From Camelus dromedarius (taxonomy: Eukaryota): DNA of 64,000 bases. Below are positions 13,001 to 26,153 of this stretch, piece after piece. The stretch spans positions 100,442,001-100,506,000 of the forward strand of contig NC_087436.1 in the NCBI RefSeq assembly GCF_036321535.1. Direction: 5' to 3'. Under the pieces are notes generated by a model. The model made no database searches. It was given only the letters and a program-made list of their open reading frames with translations, and was not told where the DNA came from. The position numbers and the translations under genes are program-made. Numbering within the stretch: position 1 is the first letter of the stretch; each line of letters starts with the position of its first letter.

Positions 13001-13679
13001 AAACTGAACCAATTCATTAATGTATACTTTCAGCAACTACATCCTAACTTCCAGTTTTTATTATGTTTCTCCAGATTATGAACCATCTACAAACTACATC
13101 TCTAGCATCTTCTCCAGTCATTTCACTGGATATTCTCCTTTAATGGAATGTTTTCTCTCAGCTCAATCTATTACTTTTTTTACATTTTGCAGATCTTGGC
13201 CTTGCTTACCATCAGTCAGAGGGTCCACCTCACCCAAGTACTATCTTGAACTCTCACCATAACTTTTCCTCAGAATACCCTGTTGCTCCAGAACCAGCCC
13301 TACATCAGCACTAAGTGTTCGTCTGGTATGAGATGGTTCCTGCTTTGATTATTTTCAAGATCCATACAACCTTCCTCCCAGTCAATGTGGCTATTCTGCA
13401 TCATTTGCCCTTTCAAGAATAAACCAACAGTAGGACAACCTCCTACTCCTGAACTTTCATTTATAAGCGCGTAACTATTGGAAAATATTTGATCCGGTGT
13501 TCTACTACCAAGCATTTACGGTCAGTAAGATGTCTACCATTTAGTTAATAACTTTTCCCTCCAATTTCTATAAAGAATGTTATCTTTCTTCATATTCTCT
13601 CTAGTACAAACTAATTTTCCTTTTTTTTTTTTTTTTTTGGTTCAGTCTCCAAGGAAATCCTGTTTTGGATAAAAGAATA

Positions 13680-15400
13680 TTCATTCAATTCATTCATTTG
13701 ATGCATTTAAAAAACATAGTCCATAGCTTCAAAGGTTGTTGAGAATTTAAAGGGTAGGGTAGACACTTCACATAGATGCAATAGTGAGGTTACTTGATAT
13801 ACGTCCTAAACACTATGGAAAAACCATAAAGGAGCATAAAGCTTAGTATGTCATCAAAGTGAGACTGAAGCCATGTCCAAGAAAGACAGGGTGATTAAGA
13901 GCATGGATTCTGTCACATAAAAACTCTTTAACTTGGGACATTTACTTAAGGTTTCCTACCTAAGTTTCCTTGGCTATAAAGTAGAGCTAACAATAGCTCC
14001 TACCTTATAATATTGTTTTTAGGACAAATGCATTCACCAAGGTAAAGGTCATAGAACAATGTGACATATTCTGAGCACTTAAATATTGGCTATAACGTTG
14101 AGGACTATTATGTGAGAAAAAGAAAGATTTCTTATGCAGAAGAAACCTTGCAAGGAAAGCACAGATATAGAAAAGTTTATAATACACCCAGGGAAACAGA
14201 AATTACTTGGTTGGCAGGAGGCTGAGGAGCAATAAAGAATGGAAAGGATGAAATTAGAAAGACAAGCAGGGACCAAAGGTGAAGGACTATTTACTGGGCA
14301 TATTAATTTCATGGTGCAAGTTATGGGATGAAATTATTGAAGCATTTCATGCAGTGGAACGGTGCAGTCAAATGTCTATTTCAGAAACACAAATTTAGCA
14401 AAACATGTATAAAAGGGATTTGAGAGAAAAGTTTGAAGAAAGGGTTGATGGCAGAAATAAACAGTGACAGAGATTATTAGTAGGTAACTTAGCAGCTAGG
14501 TCTTTTTAGGATGTGAAAAATAAAACTTAGTATGTATTAGGTGTAACTCCTGGGACTTAATACCCAGAGTTAGCACTCAATTCATATTCGTTATAATTAT
14601 CATTGTTAATTTAAACAAGAATTATTAAACATTATGACTTAAATGACTCTATCACTAAATGATAAATTAATAAAATGGAAGAGTGAGTTTGGATCAAGGG
14701 TCAATGACTTAATTTTAGACACATTGTATACGAGATTTCCGTGATATATACAGGTGTTTGTGGGCAGAAATCAAATGGAAATAGAGATTAAGAGTTCAAG
14801 TGAGAGCCTTGAGTATGTGAAATGGGGCATGGAGGAGTTGTATCCATGGCAACCAGCAATACTGGGAAAAAACAAGTTCACTTAGGGAGACAGATACAAA
14901 TAAGAACAGAACAAAGAAAAGAGTAAGAACATAACCTCAGGGTTCACTACCCTTTCTTGTATGAATGAAGATCAGCCAGAGTTGGTGGTCAAGGAGATTT
15001 GAGGCAAACTAACAATTAGTAGTTTAGTAGGAAATCATTCATCAATAATACTGAGTGATAATCTAATTACTAATATGCCAGGTGGTGTAAGGACTGTATA
15101 AGCATTAACTCCTTTAATAATTAAAAAATAACTTTCATGTAGGTTACATTATTTAATCTTTATTACAGAAAAGAAAACTTGATGCATAGAGAAGATAAGT
15201 GCCTGAGGTGGGAGAGATTGAAGGACAGTCATCACTGCCTGCAAGTACTGTTAGATCAGTTGTCCATTGGCTTTGGTAATTAGAAGGTGTAGCTGTCCGG
15301 CAGCAGAACAGTTGCAACAGTAGCGCAGTGGTGGAAATCAAATTGCGAAATAGTAGGAGGTGGTAGGTCAAAACCAATAAAGGAATGAGAACAAATAGTT
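13680..15400 (-). mobile_element. Degraded L2 with nested MIRs (+ strand MIR ~13885-14100; - strand MIR ~15040-15250)
   Basis: L2 tail attcattcaattcattc at ~13680; purine-rich L2 body (ttttagacacattgtatacgagatttccgtgatatatacagg); MIR motifs taagagcatggattctg / agtttccttggctataaa. Confidence 0.6.
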
Positions 15401-15660
15401 TTTCTAAAATCCATCAGTTCTCTTTCTTTAAGCTAAAGTGAACACACTTAGTCATTATCAGAATAAACTTCATTTGTTTCTCTGATCACCTGAGGATGTG
15501 GATTTTACAAATGAGATTACTTCCCATGAGGATAATTTTACTTTTCAGTCTCCTCTCATTCTTGTTTTCCAGACCTGCTGACTGTAGTGTCTAGTGATTA
15601 GCCTTCAACATGCATTACATTTCCTGAAGTGTTTCAGTAATTGATTTTGATGAATCCCCA

Positions 15661-15870
15661 AATAAGTGGCATTTATTGAGTTTACCATGGGCCAAGCACT
15701 GTGCCAAGATCTCCATAGGAAATATTTTATTAATCTTTACAACAACCATAGTTGAATGTCACCTGTTTTTCAGATGAAGAACTTGAGACCTAAAAAACGT
15801 CCAAGGTCACAAGACTAGAAAATGATGGAGCTCTTAATTAATCCAAGAGTATTCTTGTTCCACAGGCCTG
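15661..15870 (-). mobile_element. MIR SINE
   Basis: atttattgagtttaccatgggccaagcactgtgc...ttttcagatgaagaacttgagac...ccaaggtcaca. Confidence 0.85.
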
Positions 15871-18018
15871 TGGCCGAAATCTCAAAAGATACAGGGCTTA
15901 TTTTTCCTCATTTAATTATTCTAACTGGTAACAGAATCATATAAGCAGTCAGTTTTAATAGTTTTATATGTATATTTATCAACACATTTTAATGAGCCGA
16001 TGATAAATCTTGCATCCTTTTGTAATTTTATTTTGTCTCAAGTTCTTATATTTAAAGTTTTAGGAAGATGATTATATTTCATATATGTTTAGGTCCCTTT
16101 GAGGCATTTTTTTCTATTTAAAAAAGAAAAATAATCAGTCATTCAAAATTACCACCTATCTTTGGAAGACAATGGCTTGGCTTTTAAATTCATTAAATGC
16201 ATTTTATTGACCAATAAAGATATTATATAAAGATTAATTTCCACACAATCTGTCTCTCTTTTTTAAGTTTATCAATAGAGACATAATTGGAAAAGGAAAT
16301 TTTTCTCCCTCTGGTGTCCCAATTCACATACTGAAAACTGCAGTAGGTTGGGACTTGGGAAGCCTGTTTTGAGGGCATATCATGTGACCAGTTACCTAGG
16401 AATTTTGCACCAATCACCTAGCCTCCATCTGCCTGTATTTAACATCCATACACTAAGGGGAGTTTGGTTCAAGGTCTCTTGTGATTTAATATTCCAGGGT
16501 CCTATGACATTAATGTACTCACCTAGATAAAGTGCCATGTACATTTTTAACAGTTGGTTTTGATCTTGGAACAAGTGCTTGAGGACACCTATGATTGATA
16601 ATTGTCTCTCTGATAGAAAATTCAATTAGATTGATTAACAGACATGAAAGAGCCATAATAAATTGATACTGGAGATGATGTATCCATTGAAACCAACGAA
16701 CATCGTGAAGTCGATATGTAAAATGACTTGCTATCATTTTAGCGTGCTTGAATGTTTTATACTAGAAATCTTTTTCAGAGAATGTCTCATTTTAAAAGTA
16801 GCGTACTACTTAAAAAAAAAAAAAATCCTGGCAACAGAGTTCAAGTTCCTGTTCTGCTTGTTTAAAACTTTGCTAAGCTTTTTCTTTAATTGCTCCTCAG
16901 ATTTCAGTTTGAGATGAAGGCAAACGGAGGGAAATCAAGGGTGAAGTCCTCAACAAAAACTTTGACCTTTAAACTTGAAATCATCTAATTCAAACTGTGT
17001 TAAAACTTTCTTGAGAGATTTTTCTAATTGACTTTGAATGACAGTTGCTTGCGTATAAGAAGAAGAGAAAGCGAGAGGGAGAGAAAGAGAATGAAAAATT
17101 CCTTATTTGATTATGGGTAACAAATGAAAAAGATTAATTTTATCCTCATAATACATAGACTTAACAAATATCTGGCAAACAAACATTTTAATTAATTCAA
17201 GTACATTTGCTAAGTATTATTATTTATCCACATTTATAGTGAAAGTCTTTAATAAAATTCTCTGTTGAGCAACAACAAAAAAACAGCTTGGATAGTTGCC
17301 TGATTTTTTTTTTTTTTTTAATAAAACTGCTGCTACAAATCTTGTATCTTTCTAGTCTTAGATTCTAAACTTTTAAAACATCGCTCACTGCTAAGAGACT
17401 AAGTAAATCCTAACCAGCAGAAAGTAATGAACCGCATCCCAACAAGTGCCAAAATTTTGGAGGGGTTGTGTGTTTTCTCTGTAGCATATTAGCAGCATCT
17501 TTAAGAGCTGAATTGTGGCTTAGTAGGAGCATAGAAATTGAAACTTTCAGGACATTTTCTATTAGTCTTCAGTAAGGTGTGTTATAATGTATCACAAGGG
17601 AACAGGGATCAGAAGTTGATTTTCACCACATGTAGTCCTTTTTTCCCTTTGTCCTTCACTGAGTCTTATGCTTCTTTTTTTCTGCCTCTGAAGCACTCCT
17701 AAGGGGCTAGTTAAACCAAGATAGAACATTCACCTCCTGACTGCTTCAGTCCTTGAGAGAAGCTAACAGATTTAAGGAAAAGGAAAAAGATAGAGGAACA
17801 GGAAAGGCTTAGAAAAATCCCAGTTTGTAAAAGAAATAGGCAATTATCAATTATTCAAAGTTAGCAGTCAACTTTGTCATAGATGATTTCAAACCCACGT
17901 GTGGAAGTTAGACACCCACGAGAGGAGAATATCAGACCTATCGCGTAAATTTTTAGTGTGTTAACATTAATGCCTCCTAGTGCAAATGTTGTGTGTTTTT
18001 ATATTCCTTTACTCTTAG

Positions 18019-18118
18019 CAAAAACTCTCTGAGTTGATGTCATCAAAATCTCCATGTTAGAGATACATTTTCTGTATTGCACGGAGATCGAAAATGTTGC
18101 TGGTGGTCCTATATAAAG
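18019..18118 (+). other. Candidate 100-nt exon
   Basis: Acceptor ttttatattcctttactcttAG and donor AAG|GTAAAT; lies in a repeat-poor, CpG-retaining region. Confidence 0.35.
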
Positions 18119-18260
18119 GTAAATCCCATATTCTTTATTAATTGATAGTCAGAAGGATAGTGGTTACCTGTCGAGTTTGTCCTATGTCAATGAAATGACT
18201 ACAAAAAGAGGAATATGTGCCGGATCCAGACAAAATTGTTCAGGAGAAATCTCCAAGATT

Positions 18261-18328
18261 ATTGGACCGCTTCCCAGCTTTTGTCTGTTCTAATGTCATG
18301 TGGGGCCCAACCCACTCGGGTATAAATA
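18261..18328 (+). promoter_or_regulatory. Candidate CCAAT (ATTGG) + TATA (TATAAATA) core promoter
   Basis: ATTGG at 18261-18265 and TATAAATA at 18321-18328 in a typical spacing; nearby CpGs retained. Confidence 0.3.
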
Positions 18329-18438
18329 GACAGGGAACTGTATAGCTGTAATCCTAATTTTTTTTCTTTCTTGTTTTTTTTTTTGTTTTGTTTTTAATTT
18401 CTTTTTCTGTTAAGAGCTTTTCAAGGACTACCAAAGAG

Positions 18439-18573
18439 ATGACTGCACTGCCATTTATAAAGAGGAGCTACGTCAAGTGTAGATCACATACTTTTATACA
18501 CGACATACAAAGGATGCACACAAGATTCTCATTTCAGATACTAGTTGTCCTCCTACTCTGCATCTGGTGGTAA
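18439..18573 (+). CDS. Candidate 44-aa small ORF with hydrophobic C-terminus (or a signal-peptide-coding exon)
   Basis: ATG at 18439 (gagATGa) gives MTALPFIKRSYVKCRSHTFIHDIQRMHTRFSFQILVVLLLCIWW*; downstream of a strong polypyrimidine tract; no homology recognised. Confidence 0.2.
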   Translation: MTALPFIKRSYVKCRSHTFIHDIQRMHTRFSFQILVVLLLCIWW

Positions 18574-21099
18574 CTGCTATAGCTAAGGAAATGCTTCTGA
18601 TCTGGTTGATAATCTTTTCCTTATTTTCCAAATACGGTGGTTTACAGTTTCTCTGGACTTATTGCTTCAGCACGCAAATTACCCTGATTTAGTTTTGTTT
18701 ATGCATTTTCTCAAATAATAGTTTTTAATAAAAGAGCTTTTATTGATTCCTAAGAAATACTTAATTCCCTCCAACATGCTATTGTCGTGCCTGAGTCACC
18801 TGCACTTTCTCTCTAGTTGGAGACCTCGGGGTCTGAATTTGTGTTTTCTTTGGTGCTTGTCTTTTTAAGCATCAGCAATTTTCTTCATAGCAGACAGACA
18901 ATTTCAAATCTCTATGTAGATACTCCTCTATTTAGGCAATCAAAGTTACTGTGTAAGTTTTGAGGTAGCTCTATGAATGCACGTTAGAGTTGCTCTCTCC
19001 AGAAAATAAAATAAGAAAATGTGGAAGTGTAGACTTAGTTGGACAGGTGCAAAGATTTCACTTTTCTTCGATTTTTGATGTCTATATCCTTGATGAAAAT
19101 AGGATAGATCATTGAATTTAGTATCCACTAACCACTATAAACTTCCTATCTGTTGCTCTTGTTGCTAAAATACAATAATAGAAAATAACATAAACATTTT
19201 GATGTTACTGGACGAGCTTCTGGATTCTAAATTCCAGTTCTGTCACTTTTCACCATTTGTGAGCTTGGGCAGATTATCCACTATCTCTAAGTCTGGTAGA
19301 AATATGCTTAAAGGGAAAGAAATATACCAACACGTATGAAGGAAAAGTTATGTAGTTGACAGTATGTAAAAAATGAAGCAGAGTAGTTAAAAAGTGATAA
19401 AATGTTATTTCTCTAATTTGTTGGAAAAACTGAAGTTTCGGATAAAAAGAATCTGGCTATGTGCTGAAGAGAATAGGTTATAATTGACAGATTCACTTTA
19501 TAAATTACAAAATGATAAAAGCTTTCGAAGAAAAGACAAAGCTTATCTATAAAAGATAAACATCCGAACAGAATTTTCTACTGCAGCACTGGCTGATTAA
19601 AAATAATAGATCAATGCCCTTAAATTTGGTATGAAAATGACAAACATTAAAAACTTGTAAGTTTTTTTACCTAGCCCTCTGTTTATTAAGTATGAGTTAT
19701 TAAATAATATGTCTAAAGTTAATATTGTAATTTCTGTACAAATACAAATTTAACACATTTCAGATATTTATTTAACTAAATAATTAATGAAGAAGCCAGT
19801 AAAATGGAAAAATTGGTTCACTGTGATTCCAAAACACAGATACATGTATAGGCAATTAGGAATCTGAAAAAATTTGCTTCATAAATGCAAAACTAAATTT
19901 TGTCTGTAGGTGGGAAAGGTATTAATTACACCTCCAACAAAATTCATTTGTATCTCTAAGGAAAAAAATAATTTGCATTGCTATTCATTTTTCACATCTT
20001 AGCAAAGAAGCAAAATAACTAAAGTAACTCAGACAATGAAAGGCACAGACTCAATGCATTAATACCCATTTGGGTTACAGATTTTCTATGAAAAGACACC
20101 TTTTGGTCTATTTCAAAGTCTTTCACAAGAGTTTTAATTAAATGACATTATGAGACATGGAAAAGGTTCTGAATATTTGCTATCCATGCTCATTTTTTAA
20201 TACACCAATCATGATTATGAAATAAATGGAATCAAAGTGGAATTTTGTAGTTAAATATGGCATATGGCTAATTTAAGAGACTGTTTCAGTGAGATAAAAG
20301 AAAACATTATATACAGTTCCTCCTGCTCAGCTTCTATTTCCATTTCTAGTAATAGCACCTATATTAGCCCTTAAGGAAAATATGCTTCAAATTTAGGCCA
20401 TGTTTTGATCATGGAGTTAATATGTGTAAGCTTTAATTTAGAGTGTTAATTAGAGAAATGCAGTACATAAACAAGGTAAATAAACAACCTAAGTTAACTT
20501 AGAAAAATATAGTGTACAGCCAGCAGAGGAAATCTTAGTTGATTGAACATAAGTCACAGAGAAAAGAAGACAAGCAAAGAATAGCATGCAAAATAAGTGA
20601 GTCTAAATATAATAGAAACTAAAACGTATGTAATTAGACTGTACTCTTCCCTTGAAAAAGCATAAATATATGCTTTAACAAGAAACACTTATAATGGCAC
20701 AGAAAGTTTTGAAAATAATGTGGGTAGGTTACATACACTGATTCAGTGATTTAATAGACTATTATACAATTATACAATATAATTTGTGACAAATCCACCC
20801 TTCCAACTCCACAGGCACAATAAACTTGAGACATCATTGATACACATTTCCAATCCAACAGAAAGTGCAATTAGTGTTATTTCAAAATACAGACAGAGTA
20901 CAATCATTTCTCAACACTCTCCCAGTACTTCCTAGAACCACGTCACCGTCCTCTCATCTGAATTACTTTAGTAGCCTCCTAAGTGGTTTCCATAATAATT
21001 GATGATGATCTTTTTAAAATAAAGTCAGCTTACTGCTTTTCTCTACTCCAAACTGCAATCGTTCAATTCAAACAGTTGTAGCCTTGTTGGTCATTGAAA

Positions 21100-22800
21100 G
21101 AATTTTGGCGTTTCTTGTTGGATTGGACACATGCTGGTGACTTCAAGTTTTGGGGTGGGGGGCATGAACAATTGAAAGAATGGATTTCCCACCAATTAAT
21201 ACTGCTTATGACACATTGAAGTTGTGCAGTGATAGTAACTAAACAAATGAAAAAAACAACTGAGGAAATAAATCTTCTGGCATGCTTTCCTCAGAAATAG
21301 AGAGACCAGGCATATTAGAAAACAAAAGCTATGGTAAATGTGAATTATCCTAGCATATAAGTTGGTGTAATAGCATATAAAGTAACAGTACTCCTCCAAA
21401 TTAGAAAGTACTTATTTTTCAAGCACACATAGAAACTTGGCAAAAATAATGACATAATTCTTGAAGAAAGTAGCAAGTATATTCCAAATAGCCAACATCA
21501 AACATGTCACATTCTATGACAATAATGCAATAAATTTGATTTTAAAATGTCTTACACCACTAATACTTAGATATAAATTAATATAGTTATAATTCATAGA
21601 TTAAAAAGAAATCATGATGCAACTTATGAAAGAAATTACCAAATATTTTAAGATGAATGACAAAGAAAACAGTAGGTGTTGAAAATTATAAGATATACCC
21701 AAATACTTCCTAAAGGTCATTATGTATATTACATATGTATATATATTTGTATTACTTAAAAACAAGCTGCCAGAGGTATAAAACTAGAACCACACTAGAA
21801 AATAAAGTAAAAGAAAGTAAAATATAGATAAGAATAGAAATAAATAAAAGAGATATTGTAGATAGAGATCTCATTCTTGGAAAATATTGATGAAATGAAC
21901 AAATGTCTGACAAAACTTTATCACAAACAAAACTGAGGTAACACACATGTACACACCCATTACTGAAAAGGATAAAATGCACATAATGAAATATAAAATA
22001 GAAACTTTCAATATAATCAAAGAACATTGAAGAAATTATAGCAAAAAAAATTAAGCTTAAATAAAACACATGATTTTTTAAAACACATATAATCTAGCAA
22101 AACTGGCTCAAGAATAAATATTAAATCTGAATAATGATCAATACTTATTTGAATAATTAAATTTAGCAGTTAAGTAACTACTCACAGCTATCGTTTCCAG
22201 ATTGTGTTAACTGGAAATTTTTTTCAAACCTTAAAGAAAGAGATGAGCCCTGTCTTATGAAGAGATAAAACTATTTTATTAAACTACTGTGACTTTTAAG
22301 ACCAAAATGAGAAAAGAAAATATCCTGAGAAAACAAAACTATAGGCCAATTTCACTTCTGAACATCGATACAAAATTAATAAATAAATTACTAGCAAACT
22401 TTACCTGGCAATGTATATTAAAAATAAGAACATTATATCAAGACCAACAAAATATAAGTAAAAATATACATTTTATTTAAGCTTATAAAAGAAGACCTTA
22501 ATTAATACTAATGATATATCAGGTTCTTTCACGGGAAGAATTAAAATTTTTTCTAGTTAGTTATTTAATAAATGTAAAATTCAAAGCAATTTAAATCAAA
22601 ATGTAGACAGGGATTTGTACTAAAATTGAAACAAAAAATATGTAGAAATGTAGGAAGGGTCCGAAATAGTAAAAAAAAAAAAAAAAAAAGTTGAAGAAGA
22701 AGAAACTAAGAGGAAGAATTCAACCTACTTAATATCAAGGTAAGTCTATCAAAAGTGAAATAGTGTGGTTCACTGAAGCATTATTTAAAAAGCAATAGGA
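21100..22800 (+). mobile_element. Ancient L1 (L1ME-type) ORF2 relic
   Basis: ORF 22289-22480 contains KQNYRPISLLNIDTKLINKLLAN, matching the L1 ORF2 RT-proximal motif [23 protein letters not shown]; A-rich + strand. Confidence 0.8.
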
Positions 22801-22927
22801 GAAAAATTATATATCAATAAATATGGACCACACAAATAAATGACTGCAGGCAATATTTCGTTACATTCCTTTTAACCATTGCCAGGTTATTTAGAGGTAA
22901 ACCTGCAAAATCTAGTTTTCAGTGTAA

Positions 22928-23095
22928 TTAATATATATGTATATATGCATTATATATACATACCATGAGTGTATATATTGTATTTATATTTATTTTATAT
23001 ATATATTTTTAAATTTATTTATATACATTTTATACTATAATATACATTTCTTTTTTTTTAAACATATATACACTGTATACCACATGTACATATTT
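22928..23095. repeat. AT-rich / (TA)n-like low-complexity tract
   Basis: Degenerate atatatatgtatatatgcattatatatac... repeats. Confidence 0.8.
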
Positions 23096-24907
23096 TAAGT
23101 GTGGAAGTGGAACTGAAGTTTTGAAATTCATCTTCTAACATGGCTGTCAATTTCTGAATGCACATGATATTTCAAATGATATGTTTAGCTGATGCAAATT
23201 CATAAAGCAAGTTTAGGCTGGCATGTGCACCACATGGGTCAAGAGGAGGAGAGGTGTAGGGTCATGAAAAGAACAGGGAAATCCCTGATGTGGGAGTGGG
23301 ACAAATAATCAGCTTTTCCTGAGTAGCAAGAGGAGATCTGCTGGAGCAACTCTCTGTGGTAAATGCTTCAGGGCAGAGTGAACAAGCAGAGCAATTACGG
23401 AGTGCTTTGTCTGACTTTTATAAACAAGAGGCAAGAGGCCCCTGAGCGGGCTTGCTTTGAATGGAAGGACATTGGTCAAATGGCTTCTCCACCTGGCTCT
23501 CTAAATACTTCGACAATTGACTCTGTGTGCTTTGCAATTGGGCCTGATGGCTTTGTAATTACTTTGTCTCAACAAACATTGAAATTGTGAATAGGTTTTA
23601 TTTTGTTATTTGTGTTTTTCTTCCCAGTTCCTCCTTTGGGATCCTGTGGCTGTAGCAACTCAGCGAAAATGTTTGTAGGGGAAGAACGTGTCCAGTGGTT
23701 GTTGGTCTTTCTCCTTCCTGTTTTACTTAGCTCTGCTGCGTAGGCATCATAGCTCACCCTCCAGTTCCCCAGGAAGACAGTAACGCCTTTACTGAATTTA
23801 CCTTTGTTACCCAGCTGTTGGAGATTAATGTTGGAAAGAGGTCTGATGTCAGCTCCACCTGGAAAGAGGGCTTTGACCAAAAGCAGAGGAAGTCTTTAGA
23901 GATAAGACCAGGGCCTGGATTTCTGTTGTTTGCAGCTTGTTAGATCAGCATGATTTATGTAACTGCTCACGCTACACAGTGTGCCCTGTGTATATATTTT
24001 TATGCTGCTGTGCAAACCACCCTATAAAGATGCTAGGCATTCCTAGCCCATCTTTTCTGAATCCTTCAATAAAATACTGCCCTCACGTCTCAGTTCTGCC
24101 TATAGCTGGAGAGGCAATGCTCACAGTCAGCTCTACCCTAGGCTTTAGGACATGCATTTATGTATGATTTTGAAATTAAGAAAAGGAAATTATATGGTGA
24201 TACTGACTGCTGGGATGGCAATCATTTTCCAGTGGATATGATGATTTGAACTTTGATGATCTAAGAAAGTTCTATGTCACGGCCCAAGCCATATCCAAAT
24301 GTTTTCATTTCCTTTTCAAAGAATCTATATAAAAGCCTTCTATTTTGTATGATTAACATCATAATAAAACAGAGATAACTGTTCTGAATAAAGTAGAATT
24401 TCCTGAAAATTTAGAACACCTTTGATGACTGTAATTTGCACCTTATATTTTTTTCTATGATATGCAGTAACAAATTAATTGACCTGCAGTCAGACAGAAG
24501 TGTGTGGCTGTATTTTTTTCCCAACATTTTATTACAGGACTGTTGAATTTTTTTCCAATATAGTCTTAAGCAGTACATAGAGTAATCACCTAGTGATCTA
24601 GCCAAACCCAGATGTAGGATTCAGTATGAATGCAATGGGACCTGGACATTTGCATTAAGAAAATTAATAAATACCCTAGGCATTTATTACCTAGGTAAAA
24701 ACCCTATGTGTTCATTACCAGAGGTAGTGTGTGAATAATAATGTGAGAAATACAGGCAAGAATTCCTGTGCCTACACAGGGATCCTCTTGATTTTAATAT
24801 AAATCACATCTGACTGATAATTTATTTAATCATAACTCTACAGCAAAACCAACAGTATTGAAAATACAATTTAAGCAATATTCTAGCCCACCTTAACAGA
24901 ATTCAGT

Positions 24908-25478
24908 TGAAGGAGGATTAATAAAATGGCCGCACTTAGGCTAACAGATTGCTTATCCTTAAGCTTGCCCTTAAAACAGTCAACTGACCTGTCTGGTGGC
25001 TACGCACAGTTCCAGGCCCTTTGTTGAAACTAAAGCTATTGATCTTACTGTTTCTACTTTATTCCAGTCACTGAAAGTAATAATCATACTTGGTCTCTGA
25101 GTTGATCTCCAGGGAGAAGGTCACGGGACTTTAACCTTACAAAATAGCCTGAATTACCAAGAAGACCACACCTTGGGAAAGAGTGACAGCTGCTAGCATC
25201 TATAGAATTGGTGGTCTGGAGGCATCATGATGCCATTCTAAGTCTTCTGATGAGAAAATGATTCTGTTGGTTGTTATCGATGCTTTATTGTTTGAGCTCT
25301 GGCTGTATAACCACCCCATCCCATCCCCAAGGTGGGTTCACAGTTTTGAAGGCACTAGCCTGCTGTGGGTCCCCTTTGCCCGGCAAAGCAATAAAATTGC
25401 CTCTTTTCTTCTAAACTCCAAGACCTTGTCTCTGGGTTATTTGGCTCATCAGGGACAGGGGCCAATCTTTCGGAAACA
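24908..25478 (+). mobile_element. ERV1-type solo LTR (artiodactyl-lineage family)
   Basis: TG...CA termini (tgaagg...cggaaaca), tgtataac TATA-like motif, ggcactagcctgctgtgg...ggcaaagcAATAAA poly(A) signal; flanks CAGT/CAAT fit a 4-bp TSD with one mismatch. Confidence 0.85.
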
Positions 25479-26153
25479 CAATGACAAGTTTTCACTAGTT
25501 GTGTTGAAAATTTATTTATTTAACAGCTCCCCCAATAAACAAACAAAATATTTTAATGTTTCATCAATGGACTAGCATAATGCAGAGTATATAGTTTTAA
25601 CTACTCTTGTGTCAGTATGATTTCTCTCCAATCTTAGTAGCGTACAGTAAGCCTATGTTTATTAACACTCCTCCAGACAAAGATACACACAACATGTACA
25701 AGAACAATGGACAAAAGAGACTAGCAAGACTGAAAGGTGAAGGCAAGTCATCCACAGGGATAGTGCGAGGTGTTTGGCTAAAACAGATTGGAGAAATCTA
25801 CTCTGGCCCTGAGAAACTGGCACCCTAAAAATGTGAACTGACCAGAGGTAGAAAGAAGGCACCCTAACAGGGACACAGAGTTAACAACTGGAGATGCAAG
25901 GGCAATTGTGCAGTTATTATTTATCCAGGTTTTAATTATTAAATCAATAGCTATTGGAAATCAACATCAGGATTAACTATCAACAGGCAACGAATTCTCA
26001 GCTCCGAGGACAATCAACCAGCTAATCAAGTTCAAGGCTCTGGTGCTGGAATAGAAAGAATGGAACTCATACGTGGAACTTGGTCACAACAGCATTCGAA
26101 CTCGTAGTGTTCCTAGCTGCAAATCTCACGCTCTTTTAACTCCCTCAGGCTGT

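Noticed and set aside
18108..18119. CCTATATAAAGG as an SRF CArG box
   Set aside because: Eight A/T bases between CC and GG instead of six
22289..22480. 63-aa ORF with reverse-transcriptase-like motif
   Set aside because: Degraded L1 ORF2 relic; surrounding frames are broken
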